A DNA stretch of 56,254 nt from the NCBI GenBank assembly GCA_001002135.1, contig LCLP01000001.1, positions 427,114 to 483,367 on the forward strand. The letters are read 5' to 3'. A program made the translations under genes and the position numbers. Every line of letters begins with the position of its first letter. Positions within the stretch are counted from its first letter, which is position 1. This document shows, piece by piece, positions 19,332-29,062 of the stretch. Under the pieces are notes generated by a model that was not told the origin of the DNA, made no database searches, and saw only the letters and a list, made by a program, of their open reading frames with translations. This DNA comes from Candidatus Pacebacteria bacterium GW2011_GWA1_46_10 (GTDB lineage: Bacteria; Patescibacteriota; Microgenomatia; UBA1400; PJMF01).

Positions 19332-20298
19332 GCCGGAAGTATTCTATTGTTTTCTTTAATCCGTCGTGAAAATCAATTTTTGGCTCCCACCCCAACAATT
19401 GCTTAGCCTTCGTGATATCAGGCTGCCTTCGCATTGGGTCATCTTTGGGGAGGGGAGCCGAAGTAATTTTTGGCTCACTCTCAGTCCCATGGATGGCTTC
19501 CCAGACGATTTTGGCCGTTTCTAGCACGCTGAATTCACCTGGATTGCCTAAATTAACTGTCTCGCCCTTGGCTTTTGGTTCCAAGCTCAAACGGAGAATA
19601 CCCTCAATGAGATCACTGACATAACAATAGGAGCGGGTTTGTGAACCATCGCCATAAACCTCCATCGGTTCATTTTTCAGTGCGGCAGTAATAAAACTGG
19701 GAATAATGCGGCCGTCATGAGCATCAATGCGTGGCCCGTAGGTATTGAAAATCCGGACAATTCTGGTATCAATCTTGAAAGTGCGGTAAAAAACACCGCA
19801 AATGGTCTCGCCAAGGCGTTTACTTTCGTCGTACATCGAACGCGGGCCATTGGGGTTCACATGACCCCAATACGTTTCTTGCTGCGGATGCTCCTGCGGA
19901 TCGCCATAGGCTTCTGAAGTGCCGGCAAAAACAAACGTGCCATTCGGATTGGTCTCTTTCAAGAAGTTGAGCAAGTGATCAGTCGCTACCGTATTGACCA
20001 AATACGTCTCCCGCGGAAATTGCTGGTAGTAGGGCGGGGAAGCGGGGGAAGCAAAGTGAAAAATAAAATCGAAAATTTGATTTTTTAAATATTGGTCGGT
20101 CGGCTGATTTACATCGGCCTCAATAAAAGCGAAGTTTTCAGTCTTGATATGAGCCAAATTATTTTTATTACCCGTCAGAAAATTATCAACCCCAGTGACT
20201 TGAGCACCTTCAGCCAACAGGGCGTCGACTAGATGGGAGCCAAGAAACCCGGCCGCACCAGTGACCAACACTTTTTTATCACTAAACCTCTCTGGCAT
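19318..20298 (-). CDS. uxs: UDP-glucuronate decarboxylase (UDP-xylose synthase), extended SDR
   Basis: TGAAGFLGSH, HFASPASP, TSEAYGDP, YWGHVNPNGPRSMYDESKR, RIFNTYGPR, DDPMRRQPDI. Confidence 0.92.
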   Translation of the reverse strand: MPERFSDKKVLVTGAAGFLGSHLVDALLAEGAQVTGVDNFLTGNKNNLAHIKTENFAFIEADVNQPTDQYLKNQIFDFIFHFASPASPPYYQQFPRETYLVNTVATDHLLNFLKETNPNGTFVFAGTSEAYGDPQEHPQQETYWGHVNPNGPRSMYDESKRLGETICGVFYRTFKIDTRIVRIFNTYGPRIDAHDGRIIPSFITAALKNEPMEVYGDGSQTRSYCYVSDLIEGILRLSLEPKAKGETVNLGNPGEFSVLETAKIVWEAIHGTESEPKITSAPLPKDDPMRRQPDITKAKQLLGWEPKIDFHDGLKKTIEYFRHADI

Positions 20299-20334
20299 AT
20301 AAGGAGATTGTAGCAGAAAAGACCCGAGTGGAGA

Positions 20335-20625
20335 TTATTGGAATTGAACGACAAGTTTAGCATCAAAAGCCTTAGCCACTTTTTTCAGGAATTTAAAAGA
20401 AGGGTTGGCGTCAAAAGATTCTAGTCGAGAAATTGCAGATTGTTTCGTACCGATTTTTTCCGCCAGGTCTTTTTGAGTCATGTTTTTTTCTAGCCTCTTG
20501 TCTAGTATTTGACAAATTAAATCAAATTCAGGTTGAAGCGCATCATGATAAGCCTTAACCTCCGGATCAGATAAGAGTTCCTTCCTAAATTCGGACCAAG
20601 GAATGAAGTTTTTATGATTTATCAT
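20335..20625 (-). CDS. XRE/HigA-type HTH antitoxin
   Basis: MTQKDLAEKIGTKQSAISRLES helix-turn-helix; downstream of a RelE-like gene. Confidence 0.88.
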   Translation of the reverse strand: MINHKNFIPWSEFRKELLSDPEVKAYHDALQPEFDLICQILDKRLEKNMTQKDLAEKIGTKQSAISRLESFDANPSFKFLKKVAKAFDAKLVVQFQ

Positions 20626-20633
20626 ATCCTTGC

Positions 20634-20663
20634 AGTATCACATATATGCTATATATTTGTCAA
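20634..20663 (-). promoter_or_regulatory. Internal antitoxin promoter with a palindromic operator candidate
   Basis: Minus strand TTGACA-N18-GATACT with a TG extension; the spacer contains ATATAT-AGC-ATATAT; ATG lies 8 nt downstream. Confidence 0.6.
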
Positions 20664-20998
20664 TATGATGAGAATCGTTTAATTGCTGTTTTTAATTCTT
20701 TAATAGGAGTCTTATTGGTCTTCTTAACAAAGCCATGCAAAACATATACTGATCCCTTATAAAACGCATAAAATAATCTAATCTTCAAAGAACCTCCAAC
20801 TCTTAACTCATATAGGTTTTTAGAAATCTTTTTAGCATAAGGCATAGAAAGATTAGGTCCGTACTTTGTTAATAAATCTAAATACTCGATTACTTTTGCC
20901 CCACTCTGTAGATTTAATGAATTAATAAACTTTTTACAACGAGGGTCAATATGAAAATTCTCTATCACTTCAAAAGAATATACAACAAGCCATAACAT
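20660..20998 (-). CDS. RelE/HigB (Gp49-like) toxin
   Basis: GPNLSMPYAKKI, LYELR, RLFY, LHGFVKKTNKTP motifs; start uncertain (20998 preferred to 21049). Confidence 0.88.
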   Translation of the reverse strand: MLWLVVYSFEVIENFHIDPRCKKFINSLNLQSGAKVIEYLDLLTKYGPNLSMPYAKKISKNLYELRVGGSLKIRLFYAFYKGSVYVLHGFVKKTNKTPIKELKTAIKRFSSY

Positions 20999-21037
20999 TA
21001 TCCTGACATCAGAGAGCTTTCGCGGTATCATAAGAGA

Positions 21038-22486
21038 GTGAGAAACCAACGAGTTTTATGGGTAATTTTGCTAGTAGCATTGGTACTACGCTTACCACTT
21101 TTAACCGGTTCATTTTGGCTAGACGAGGCGGCACAAGCACTGGAAAGCATCCGGCCACTGGCGCAACAAACGGACATTACTGGCGATTTTCAGCCGCCAC
21201 TGTTTCATTATCTGATTCATTTTGCCGTTCAAGCTAGCCGAGCTGAATGGTGGCTTCGACTTTGGGGATCACTCATTCCCGGAATAATCACTGTCTGGGC
21301 TACGTATCAATTGAGCAAAAAACTGTTTAATGAAAAAGTGGCTGCGGTGGCTGCGCTGCTGCTGGCCACCTCCTCACTGCATATTTTTTACTCCCAGGAG
21401 TTGCGCCCCTATAGTTTAGCCGTGATGTGGGCCATGATCAGCACTTTGCTCTTGTTGGCCAAAAAATTTGACTGGTGGCAGTTTGCCGGTGTGTCTTTAC
21501 TGGGAGTTTATACCAGCTATCTTTATCCATTTTTCCTACTCCCACAACTGTGGTTTGTCTGGCAGATGAAGTGGGGCTGGCAGCGAGTACTGAAAATTAT
21601 CGCCGCTCTTGGCTTGCTTTTGATGCCTTGGGGGCCCACTTTCTGGCGCCAGCTGGAAGCTGGGCAAGCCCTGCGCCAAGCCTTACCCGGTTGGGAAAAT
21701 GCGGTCAGCCTGCCGCCAGCAAAATCACTTGCCTTAGTACCACTAAAGTTTCTTTACGGAGTATTAAACCTTGACCCCACTCTTTTTTTCATTATCCCGG
21801 CGGTTGTGCTGTTGGGGTTTACTTTTGTCAGTTGGCGGTCGGCTGCTCACACTCAACTGCTGAAGCTTAAAAAACCAACAGCCAAAATAACTTTCCTGTT
21901 GATTGCACCACTACTGCTCAGTTGGCTCGTTTCCTTTGTTATTCCAGTTATCCAACCCAAACGCTTACTTTATTTACTACCTTTCTGGTATCTTCTGCTA
22001 AGCGCACCCTTGGCTTGGCCGAAAACCAATCGGTTGTTTGTCCGGGCAACCATTGCGATTGTGTTGGCCATCAATCTCTTCAGTCTCTGGCAATATTGGA
22101 CCAATCCATCTTTGCAGCGAGAAAACTGGCGAGGACTCAAACAAGAACTTGTTCAGAAGTTTCCCAAACAAGATACGTTAGTTATTTTCGCCTTTGACGA
22201 GGCTCTCTCACCTTGGCGTTGGTATCAGCCTGACGCACTACCATCACTTTCCATTGATTCTCGTCAAATTAATAATGATCAAGCGTTAAGAACTCAATTA
22301 AAAATTACTGAGAACTATCGCTATCTGTTGGTCTTTGACTACTTACGCACCCTGACTGATCCAGATAACAAACTGGAACCGGCGGTGGAAAATCTCGGCT
22401 TTGTTGGCCGAGGAGTGATCGACTACCCCAATCTCGGTTTTGTGCGCATTTACACCAGGCCGGACTTCGCGATAGGCTACCGTTGA
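21038..22486 (+). CDS. GT39/PMT-like (GT-C) glycosyltransferase
   Basis: SFWLDEA, QPPLFHYL, YSQELRPYSL, RENWR. Confidence 0.85.
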   Translation: MRNQRVLWVILLVALVLRLPLLTGSFWLDEAAQALESIRPLAQQTDITGDFQPPLFHYLIHFAVQASRAEWWLRLWGSLIPGIITVWATYQLSKKLFNEKVAAVAALLLATSSLHIFYSQELRPYSLAVMWAMISTLLLLAKKFDWWQFAGVSLLGVYTSYLYPFFLLPQLWFVWQMKWGWQRVLKIIAALGLLLMPWGPTFWRQLEAGQALRQALPGWENAVSLPPAKSLALVPLKFLYGVLNLDPTLFFIIPAVVLLGFTFVSWRSAAHTQLLKLKKPTAKITFLLIAPLLLSWLVSFVIPVIQPKRLLYLLPFWYLLLSAPLAWPKTNRLFVRATIAIVLAINLFSLWQYWTNPSLQRENWRGLKQELVQKFPKQDTLVIFAFDEALSPWRWYQPDALPSLSIDSRQINNDQALRTQLKITENYRYLLVFDYLRTLTDPDNKLEPAVENLGFVGRGVIDYPNLGFVRIYTRPDFAIGYR

Positions 22487-23594
22487 TGAAAGTAGGTATC
22501 GATTTCACCCCAGCCCTTTATGACCGTGGAGTATCACGGTATACCACCAATCTGGTGCGCTCACTGTTGGAGAAACCAGCAGTAGAATTGACCTTATACG
22601 GTTCATCCCTACGCAGTCATCAGAAACTTACCACCCGAGCCAAAAAAGTGGTGAATGCAGCCAAAGTTGCTAACCAACCACAGCTTCATTTTCAGCAATA
22701 TCCCCCCAAGCTTCACCGTTTAATCTGGCGCTTCGGTCTTAACTCCATTCAAAGCCAGTTGCCACACTTGGAAGTGTTTCATAGTTGGGATTGGCTCCAG
22801 CCACCAGATAAAAAACTACCACTCGTTTCTACCATCCATGACTTGGCAATGCTCAAATACCCAGACGTCGCTCATCCAGAACTCTTGAAAGCTCACCAAC
22901 GATCTTGGCGTATTCTCAAAGAACGTCAAGCAGAAATTATTGCCGTTTCACAGGCCACCAAAAAAGACATCATGAATTTTTTGGATATCCCCAGTTTTCG
23001 TATTCACGTCGTGCCGGAAGCGCTACCACGAGAAATTCGTGATACTAATGAAGCCATGACCGAACAACAAACCGAAGCAATTAAAACCAGACTCAAGCTT
23101 GATCGACCTTACGTTTTATTTGTTGGCACTCGCGAGCCACGCAAGAATTTATTGCGTTTAATTGAGGCTTGGCAACCACTTAATGATCAACTTGACCTCT
23201 TGATTGTGGGAGCGAAGGGGTGGGATCAAACCGGTGATGTACGTTACCACCAACCAAACTTACGTTTCTTAGGTAAAGTGACTGATCAAGAGTTGAATGT
23301 CCTGTATACGAAGGTTTCGGCTTACCCATCCTGGAAGCTTTTTACCACGGCACGCCGGTAGTAACCTCTACTGCCAACGCGCTAGTGGAAGTAGCCGGTA
23401 ACGCCGCGCAACTTGTTAACCCTGAATCACCCGAGGATATTCGAGGTGGGATCCAGACGGTTCTCAACGAAACCGCTGATCAGCAGCGAGTGCGACTGCA
23501 ACGGATGATTATCCGCCTGCACATGTTCTCCTGGCACCAAACCGCAGAACAAACCATTGAAGTGTACCGTAAAGCTATTGAACACCATGAGTAA
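22483..23594 (+). pseudogene. GT4 glycosyltransferase disrupted by a frameshifting deletion near 23305-23309
   Basis: The first frame reads ...ELNVLY; the other frame resumes YEGFGLPILEAFYHGTPVVTS and runs to the stop at 23594; the usual intervening xxAxxFxFPSL segment is missing. Confidence 0.8.
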
Positions 23595-24783
23595 ACTAAT
23601 TCACATCGCCATCGACGGCAATGAAGCCAACGTCGTTAACAGAGTAGGCAGTAATGTCTATGCTTTTGCAGTCCTTCATCAACTGTGGGCGCTGACCAAA
23701 AATCCGCGTAAGTTTCACTGCACAATCCTGTTGGCCCATGCACCGGTTGAAGACTTCCCACCCGAGCGTAAAAACTGGCAATATCAGGTGATTGGACCGG
23801 CTCGTTTCTGGACTCAATGGGCTTTGCCACTTCACCTGTTTTGGCGGCAGGGAAACTACGATGTCTTTTTCACTACCAGCCATTATGCCCCGAGAGTCTC
23901 GGCCGTGCCGTATGTTAGTAGTGTGATGGATACTGCGTATCTTGATTTTCCTGATCAGTTTCGCCGAAACGATCTCTATCAGCTTACACACTGGACACAC
24001 TACAGTGTCAAACGAGCGGCCAAAGTAATCACCATCAGTCAGTTTTCCAAACAACACATTCACGCCGCTTACCACAAACCGCTCGCCGATATTGTAGTTG
24101 CTCCACCGGCTGTATCACTACCCGAGGTTACTTCACCTTTGCGGGTAAAGGCGTTTTGGCGAAAACATAAAATTGAAAAAGGGAGTTACTTTCTCTATGT
24201 TGGCACCCTACAGCCACGCAAAAACTTGGAAAATCTGATTGAGGCTTTTGAGATCTTTTCTCGCTCACTGGCCGCTCACCAACTCAAAAAACGAGTTGCC
24301 CAAGCAAAACAACAAGATGTATCGCCACAACTAGTGCTGGCTGGCAAAGTTGGTTGGCTGGCCAAAGGCATTCAAGATCGCATCGAAGCTTCACCGCTCA
24401 AAAACCGCATCATCACCACTGGCTTTATCAGTGATGAGCTGAAACGTGCGCTCTATCAACAAGCCCGCGCCACGGTGTTGGTCAGTTTGTCAGAGGGTTT
24501 TGGTATTCCATCACTAGAATCAATCAGTGTCGGTACCATCCCAATCGTCTCCAATACTAGCAGTCTACCGGAAGTAGTCGGTCAGGCAGGCCTACTAGTA
24601 GACCCCACTCAACCGCACCAGATTGCCCAGGCACTCAAAAAGGTTTGGCATCTTTCCGCCAGCCAGCAACAACAATTTGCCAAAAAAGCTCAGAAACAAT
24701 TGGCTCAATTTACCTGGCAAAAAACTGGTAAAACTATTTTAAACACTTTAATGAAGGTAGCCCGTCATGCCAAAAAAACCTGA
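23587..24783 (+). CDS. GT4 family glycosyltransferase
   Basis: LYVGTLQPRKN, SEGFGIPSLES, SSLPEVVG, FTW. Confidence 0.92.
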   Translation: MSKLIHIAIDGNEANVVNRVGSNVYAFAVLHQLWALTKNPRKFHCTILLAHAPVEDFPPERKNWQYQVIGPARFWTQWALPLHLFWRQGNYDVFFTTSHYAPRVSAVPYVSSVMDTAYLDFPDQFRRNDLYQLTHWTHYSVKRAAKVITISQFSKQHIHAAYHKPLADIVVAPPAVSLPEVTSPLRVKAFWRKHKIEKGSYFLYVGTLQPRKNLENLIEAFEIFSRSLAAHQLKKRVAQAKQQDVSPQLVLAGKVGWLAKGIQDRIEASPLKNRIITTGFISDELKRALYQQARATVLVSLSEGFGIPSLESISVGTIPIVSNTSSLPEVVGQAGLLVDPTQPHQIAQALKKVWHLSASQQQQFAKKAQKQLAQFTWQKTGKTILNTLMKVARHAKKT

Positions 24784-25276
24784 AGTTATCCTTGGCATTG
24801 ATCCTGGTTACGATCGGGTCGGTTGGGCTGTTGGCGTTGCTCTCAGGAACCAGTGGCAATTAATCCACTATGGGGTTATTCAAACCGATAGAGCATTACC
24901 GCTGACAGAACGTTACCAATCGTTGACTAATCAACTAACTACCCTCATCAAAACACACTCTCCACAAATAGCTGTCATCGAATCGCTTTTTTTCTTTAAA
25001 AACCAAAAAACCGCCCTCAAAGTCAGTGAGGCGAGAGGAGTGATTATCAAAACCTGTTTAACGCACAATTTAAAAATTGCCGAGTTCACGCCGCTCCAGA
25101 TCAAACAAGCCGTCACTGGTTACGGTCGAGCCGATAAAAAAAGTGTCGAAAAAATGGTGCGACTGCAACTCAAGCTGACTGACCGCAAAATTATCGACGA
25201 TGCGATTGATGCGCTGGCGATTATGCTAACCTACCGGGTACAAAATAAACTGCTGAATCCAAAAGCAGTGGCCTGA
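24767..25276 (+). CDS. ruvC: Crossover junction endodeoxyribonuclease RuvC
   Basis: ILGIDPG, IESLFF, EARGVI, TPLQIKQAVTGYGRADK, DDAIDALA. Confidence 0.96.
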   Translation: MPKKPEVILGIDPGYDRVGWAVGVALRNQWQLIHYGVIQTDRALPLTERYQSLTNQLTTLIKTHSPQIAVIESLFFFKNQKTALKVSEARGVIIKTCLTHNLKIAEFTPLQIKQAVTGYGRADKKSVEKMVRLQLKLTDRKIIDDAIDALAIMLTYRVQNKLLNPKAVA

Positions 25277-25282
25277 ACTCGC

Positions 25283-25311
25283 TTGCTCCCTCTGGCCGTT
25301 TCTGCTACTTT
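25283..25311 (+). promoter_or_regulatory. Sigma70-like promoter for the cassette between ruvC and ruvA (leaderless)
   Basis: TTGCTC-N17-TACTTT with TG extension, 6 nt before ATG 25318. Confidence 0.5.
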
Positions 25312-25317
25312 GAAGGC

Positions 25318-25527
25318 ATGGTACTTTTACTACTCTTCATTACTCTCATTTTTCCACCACGAGTCCAGGCTTATCTTGACCCAGGTACGGGCAGTTACAT
25401 CACTCAGCTTTTGATCGGTTCACTGGTGGGCGGGCTTTATCTTATCAAGGTATACTTCTCGAAAATTGTCGCTTTTATCAAATCACTGCTCCAGAAACTT
25501 TCCCGCCGTGAAAAACCGTCTTCGTAA
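25318..25527 (+). CDS. Small membrane protein with AYLDPGTGS motif
   Basis: Signal-like hydrophobic N-terminus, AYLDPGTGS, one TM and a basic tail; overlaps the next gene. Confidence 0.75.
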   Translation: MVLLLLFITLIFPPRVQAYLDPGTGSYITQLLIGSLVGGLYLIKVYFSKIVAFIKSLLQKLSRREKPSS

Positions 25528-26896
25528 AACAGCAGAACCCGGATCATTTCGAGATCCTCATGGATTTGTGTATTACCACAAAGGCTCGGTATACCGACAA
25601 GTCCATCCTGAGTACGCAACGGTCTTTTCCCGAATTGAAAAAGCCGGTTTTTACCAACACCTGATTGATGAGGGGTGGTTAATCTCATATCAAAAGGTCT
25701 CCAAAAAATCAGCCTTCGACCACCGCGCCACGCTGGTGCTGAAAGTGAAACCCATTCCTTTCCTCTCATATCCGTATGAGTGGAGCTTCAGTCAGTTAAA
25801 AGACGCCGCCCTTTTCACTCTAAAGTTGCAAAAATTAGCGCTCACACATGACTTTTCTCTCAAGGACGCCAGCGCGTACAATATTCAGTTTCTGGAAGGC
25901 AAACCAATCTTAATCGACCTTTTGTCATTTGAAGAATATCGAGTGGATGCGCCATGGGTGGCATACCGTCAATTCTGTGAGCATTTCTTAGGCCCACTCT
26001 TGCTGACAAGTTATACCGACTTACGTTTACACAAGTTGCTGCGCACTCACCTTGATGGCCTCCCCCTAGATTTAGTCAGTCATTTATTACCTAAAAAAAC
26101 GTATCTTAATTTTGCTATCGCCATGCACGTTCATTTTCATGCCCGTCAGCAACAGCAGTTTGGTGCACGGCATCACGCTGACCGCCACTATCGCTTGAGT
26201 AAACTAAGCTTCATGGCGTTACTCGACAGCTTGGAATCACCCATCACTAAACTAACAGCACCCAAGCAACCAACCGAATGGGGAGAGTACTATACGTTTA
26301 CCAACTACTCACCCAAAGCCTTTGCCGCCAAGAAAAAAATCATCACCCAGTATCTGCGACAAAGCAAACCAAGAACCGTTTGGGATCTAGGCGGGAACAC
26401 TGGTGAGTTTAGTCACTTGGCGAGCAATCAGGGTATCTTTACTGTTTCCTTTGATACCGACCCTCGAGCGGTAGAAATCAATTACCTCATGGTAAAAGAA
26501 AAAAATGAGAAACACTTATTACCTTTGCTTATGGATCTCACTAATCCGAGCCCTGACCTTGGCTGGGCGCTGACAGAAAGGCAGTCACTCATCCAACGCG
26601 GTCCAGCGGAGCTTACCATGGTATTGGCACTCATTCATCATCTGGCTATTTCACAGAATGTGCCGTTTGAAAAAATAGCCAACTTTCTGGCTCGTTTAAG
26701 CCGTCACTTGATTATCGAGTTTGTGCCCAAAGCAGATTCTCAGGTACAAAAACTGTTAGCAACAAGAGAGGATATTTTTACTGATTACCACCAAGATCAT
26801 TTTGAAAAGGCGTTTCATCACTATTTTCGTATTCTCGAAAAAGACCGCCTCGGTTTCGGCTCACAGCGCAGTTTATACTTAATGAAACGGAAATGA
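25508..26896 (+). CDS. NoeA-like protein: kinase-like N-domain fused to a C-terminal SAM methyltransferase
   Basis: GSFRDP, SYPYEW, LKDASAYN and ILIDLLSF (kinase-like), WDLGGNTG, LALIHHL, IEFVP; GTG start at 25508. Confidence 0.78.
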   Translation: MKNRLRKTAEPGSFRDPHGFVYYHKGSVYRQVHPEYATVFSRIEKAGFYQHLIDEGWLISYQKVSKKSAFDHRATLVLKVKPIPFLSYPYEWSFSQLKDAALFTLKLQKLALTHDFSLKDASAYNIQFLEGKPILIDLLSFEEYRVDAPWVAYRQFCEHFLGPLLLTSYTDLRLHKLLRTHLDGLPLDLVSHLLPKKTYLNFAIAMHVHFHARQQQQFGARHHADRHYRLSKLSFMALLDSLESPITKLTAPKQPTEWGEYYTFTNYSPKAFAAKKKIITQYLRQSKPRTVWDLGGNTGEFSHLASNQGIFTVSFDTDPRAVEINYLMVKEKNEKHLLPLLMDLTNPSPDLGWALTERQSLIQRGPAELTMVLALIHHLAISQNVPFEKIANFLARLSRHLIIEFVPKADSQVQKLLATREDIFTDYHQDHFEKAFHHYFRILEKDRLGFGSQRSLYLMKRK

Positions 26897-28488
26897 AAAA
26901 ACTTTTGATACTCTGGCTCGCCCCCGTGTTGTTGGCGCTTTTTCCGACTCTAACCACTTACCATCACAATCTCGATCAACTGGCCTTCAATCGCCTCACA
27001 ATTCCGCTCGTGTACTCGTTGGGTTTTGTGTTGGTCAGTGGTGCCGTAGCTCTAGCTGTTTTTAAATCACAGCGCAAAGCCAGCTTATTTACCTCACTGT
27101 GGATCGTTTTGTTTTTTTCTTTTGGGTACCTCTATTTAAAGTTGGGTGAAACTCACTTGGTTCAATTGCTTCCCGTTAGTCTAAACACCCTGTTGATCGG
27201 ATTATTTGGTCTCATTTTATTGGGTGTTGGTATGGCATTGTTTAAAAAAGAACCAGCCAAAAAACTTAGTAACTTTGTTTTAATAGTCGGCCTGACTACT
27301 GTTGCCCTCAATTTATGGACTATTCTTCCTTTTGAGCTGCAACGTCAGTTGGCTGAAACAAGATTGCAGAAATACTTGCTACTCAATCCCATGCTGCCTT
27401 CCTCGGTCGAAGAACCAGCCCTTAAACCTGATGTGTATTATTTTATTTTTGACCGCTACGCCCGCCAAGACGTGTTGGCGGAATATTTTCATTTCGATAA
27501 TCAAGAGACCTTACAAGCCTTGGCCCAAAACAATTTTTTCATCGGGACCCAAAGCTTTGCCAATTACCCCAACACCTATCTTTCACTCGCCTCGTCACTT
27601 AACTTGCGCTATTTAGATTTTCTGCCTCAAACCTTGGGTGTAAAAAATCGTGATCGTATTCCAGCCTATCAACAACTTATTCAGAGTAATGAACTGGTGC
27701 GCTTTCTCAAAAAGCAGGGGTACCACTATGTACTGGCCGGCAGTTTTTGGGATCCTTCCAAAACTAGCCCTTTAGCAGATGCCAATTACAACCTATTTGC
27801 TGATTTTGATGAATTCGAACTTTTTATGTATGAGCGAACTTTATGGAATACCTTGCGCGGTGTCTTGGAAAACAAACAGCTTTACACCGGCGTTGAACGG
27901 TTGGAACGGATGGCCCAAAATTTTGATCTACGTTTGACCAGCCTGAAAAAACAAGCCGGCGTGAACTCGCCCAAATTTGTTTTGGCTCATTTCCTGATGC
28001 CGCATGATCCCAATATTTTCGATCAAACATGTCTGCCAATGGAGTTTGCTGAAATGAGACAGTTAACTCTTATGGAAGGATTTTTAGCAGAAACACAGTG
28101 CGCCAATAAGCTTATGCTCGAGTTGGCTAATTACTTACAAACTAATGCCAAACGGCCAACCGTCATTATTTTTCAATCAGATGAAGGACCATATTTACCT
28201 GAACAATACTTTAATCAAAATGAAGAACTCGTGCCTGATGATCCAACTGCCTATCGTATTCACGCGGCGATTTTAAACGCCATCTATCTGCCAGACAAAG
28301 AAAAGCCAACCCAAGCGGCCGATTATCAAGCCATCGGTTTGGACGAACGGTCAACTCCGATCAATACCTTTCGGGCGATTTTGAATTATTATTTTGGCAC
28401 AAACTTACCGATTTTGGAAAACAAAGTGTATGTCTTTGCTAGCCCGGACGAACCTTACAATTTTCGAGAAATTACTGATAGACTATAA
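26893..28488 (+). CDS. Membrane-anchored sulfatase/alkaline-phosphatase-fold transferase (LtaS/EptA/NoeB-like)
   Basis: 5 N-terminal TMs; PDVYYFIFDRY, NYPNTYLSLAS (Thr nucleophile candidate), HFLMPHDP, IIFQSDEG. Confidence 0.78.
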   Translation: MKKLLILWLAPVLLALFPTLTTYHHNLDQLAFNRLTIPLVYSLGFVLVSGAVALAVFKSQRKASLFTSLWIVLFFSFGYLYLKLGETHLVQLLPVSLNTLLIGLFGLILLGVGMALFKKEPAKKLSNFVLIVGLTTVALNLWTILPFELQRQLAETRLQKYLLLNPMLPSSVEEPALKPDVYYFIFDRYARQDVLAEYFHFDNQETLQALAQNNFFIGTQSFANYPNTYLSLASSLNLRYLDFLPQTLGVKNRDRIPAYQQLIQSNELVRFLKKQGYHYVLAGSFWDPSKTSPLADANYNLFADFDEFELFMYERTLWNTLRGVLENKQLYTGVERLERMAQNFDLRLTSLKKQAGVNSPKFVLAHFLMPHDPNIFDQTCLPMEFAEMRQLTLMEGFLAETQCANKLMLELANYLQTNAKRPTVIIFQSDEGPYLPEQYFNQNEELVPDDPTAYRIHAAILNAIYLPDKEKPTQAADYQAIGLDERSTPINTFRAILNYYFGTNLPILENKVYVFASPDEPYNFREITDRL

Positions 28489-28493
28489 CCACG

Positions 28494-29060
28494 ATGATCG
28501 GGTTTCTTTCAGGTACGGTTCAGAAACTTCATGAGGCAGTGCTGATTCATGCCGGCGGCGTTGGGTACCGAGTGGAAGTAGGCCAACTATTACTCAATTC
28601 ACTGAAAAATGAAGAGCCAGCGTCTTTATTCATTCACACCTATATGACTGACAACCAGCTGCGTTTGTTCGGCTTTGCCACCGAACAAGATCTCTATTTA
28701 TTCGAGCTTGTACTCTCAGTTTCCGGTGTTGGCCCCAAGATTGCCCTAGTCTTAGTGGACACCGGCACCGATCGGCTGGTTGGGGCTGTGCAAAACGCCA
28801 ACGTCGGTTTTTTCAAAGCTATCCCCAGAGTAGGTAAAAAATTGGCTCAGAAAATTATTATCGAGTTGAAACCCAAACTGGGTGGACTAAAAGAAGTGGA
28901 GCTTGGTCCACTATCACGAACCGAACGGGATGTGGTTGAAGGTCTCAAAAATCTTGGCTTTGATGAGAATAATATTCAACAAGTCTTGAGTGAACTTGAC
29001 CGTGAACAACCGCTGGAAATTATGCTCAAAGAAGCAGTGAAAAAGTTAGCGAAAATGTAA
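28494..29060 (+). CDS. ruvA: Holliday junction branch migration protein RuvA
   Basis: [40 protein letters not shown]. Confidence 0.96.
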   Translation: MIGFLSGTVQKLHEAVLIHAGGVGYRVEVGQLLLNSLKNEEPASLFIHTYMTDNQLRLFGFATEQDLYLFELVLSVSGVGPKIALVLVDTGTDRLVGAVQNANVGFFKAIPRVGKKLAQKIIIELKPKLGGLKEVELGPLSRTERDVVEGLKNLGFDENNIQQVLSELDREQPLEIMLKEAVKKLAKM

Positions 29061-29062
29061 TT

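Noticed and set aside
20335-21049. Prophage or IS remnant around the TA pair
   Set aside because: No integrase, transposase, terminal inverted repeats or target-site duplications were seen.
23385-23594. 69-aa ORF as an independent gene
   Set aside because: It is the C-terminal part of the frameshifted GT4 starting at 22483.
25508-28488. Nodulation function for the noeA/noeB-like genes
   Set aside because: No nodABC genes are present; the resemblance is at family level only and the context is surface glycan.
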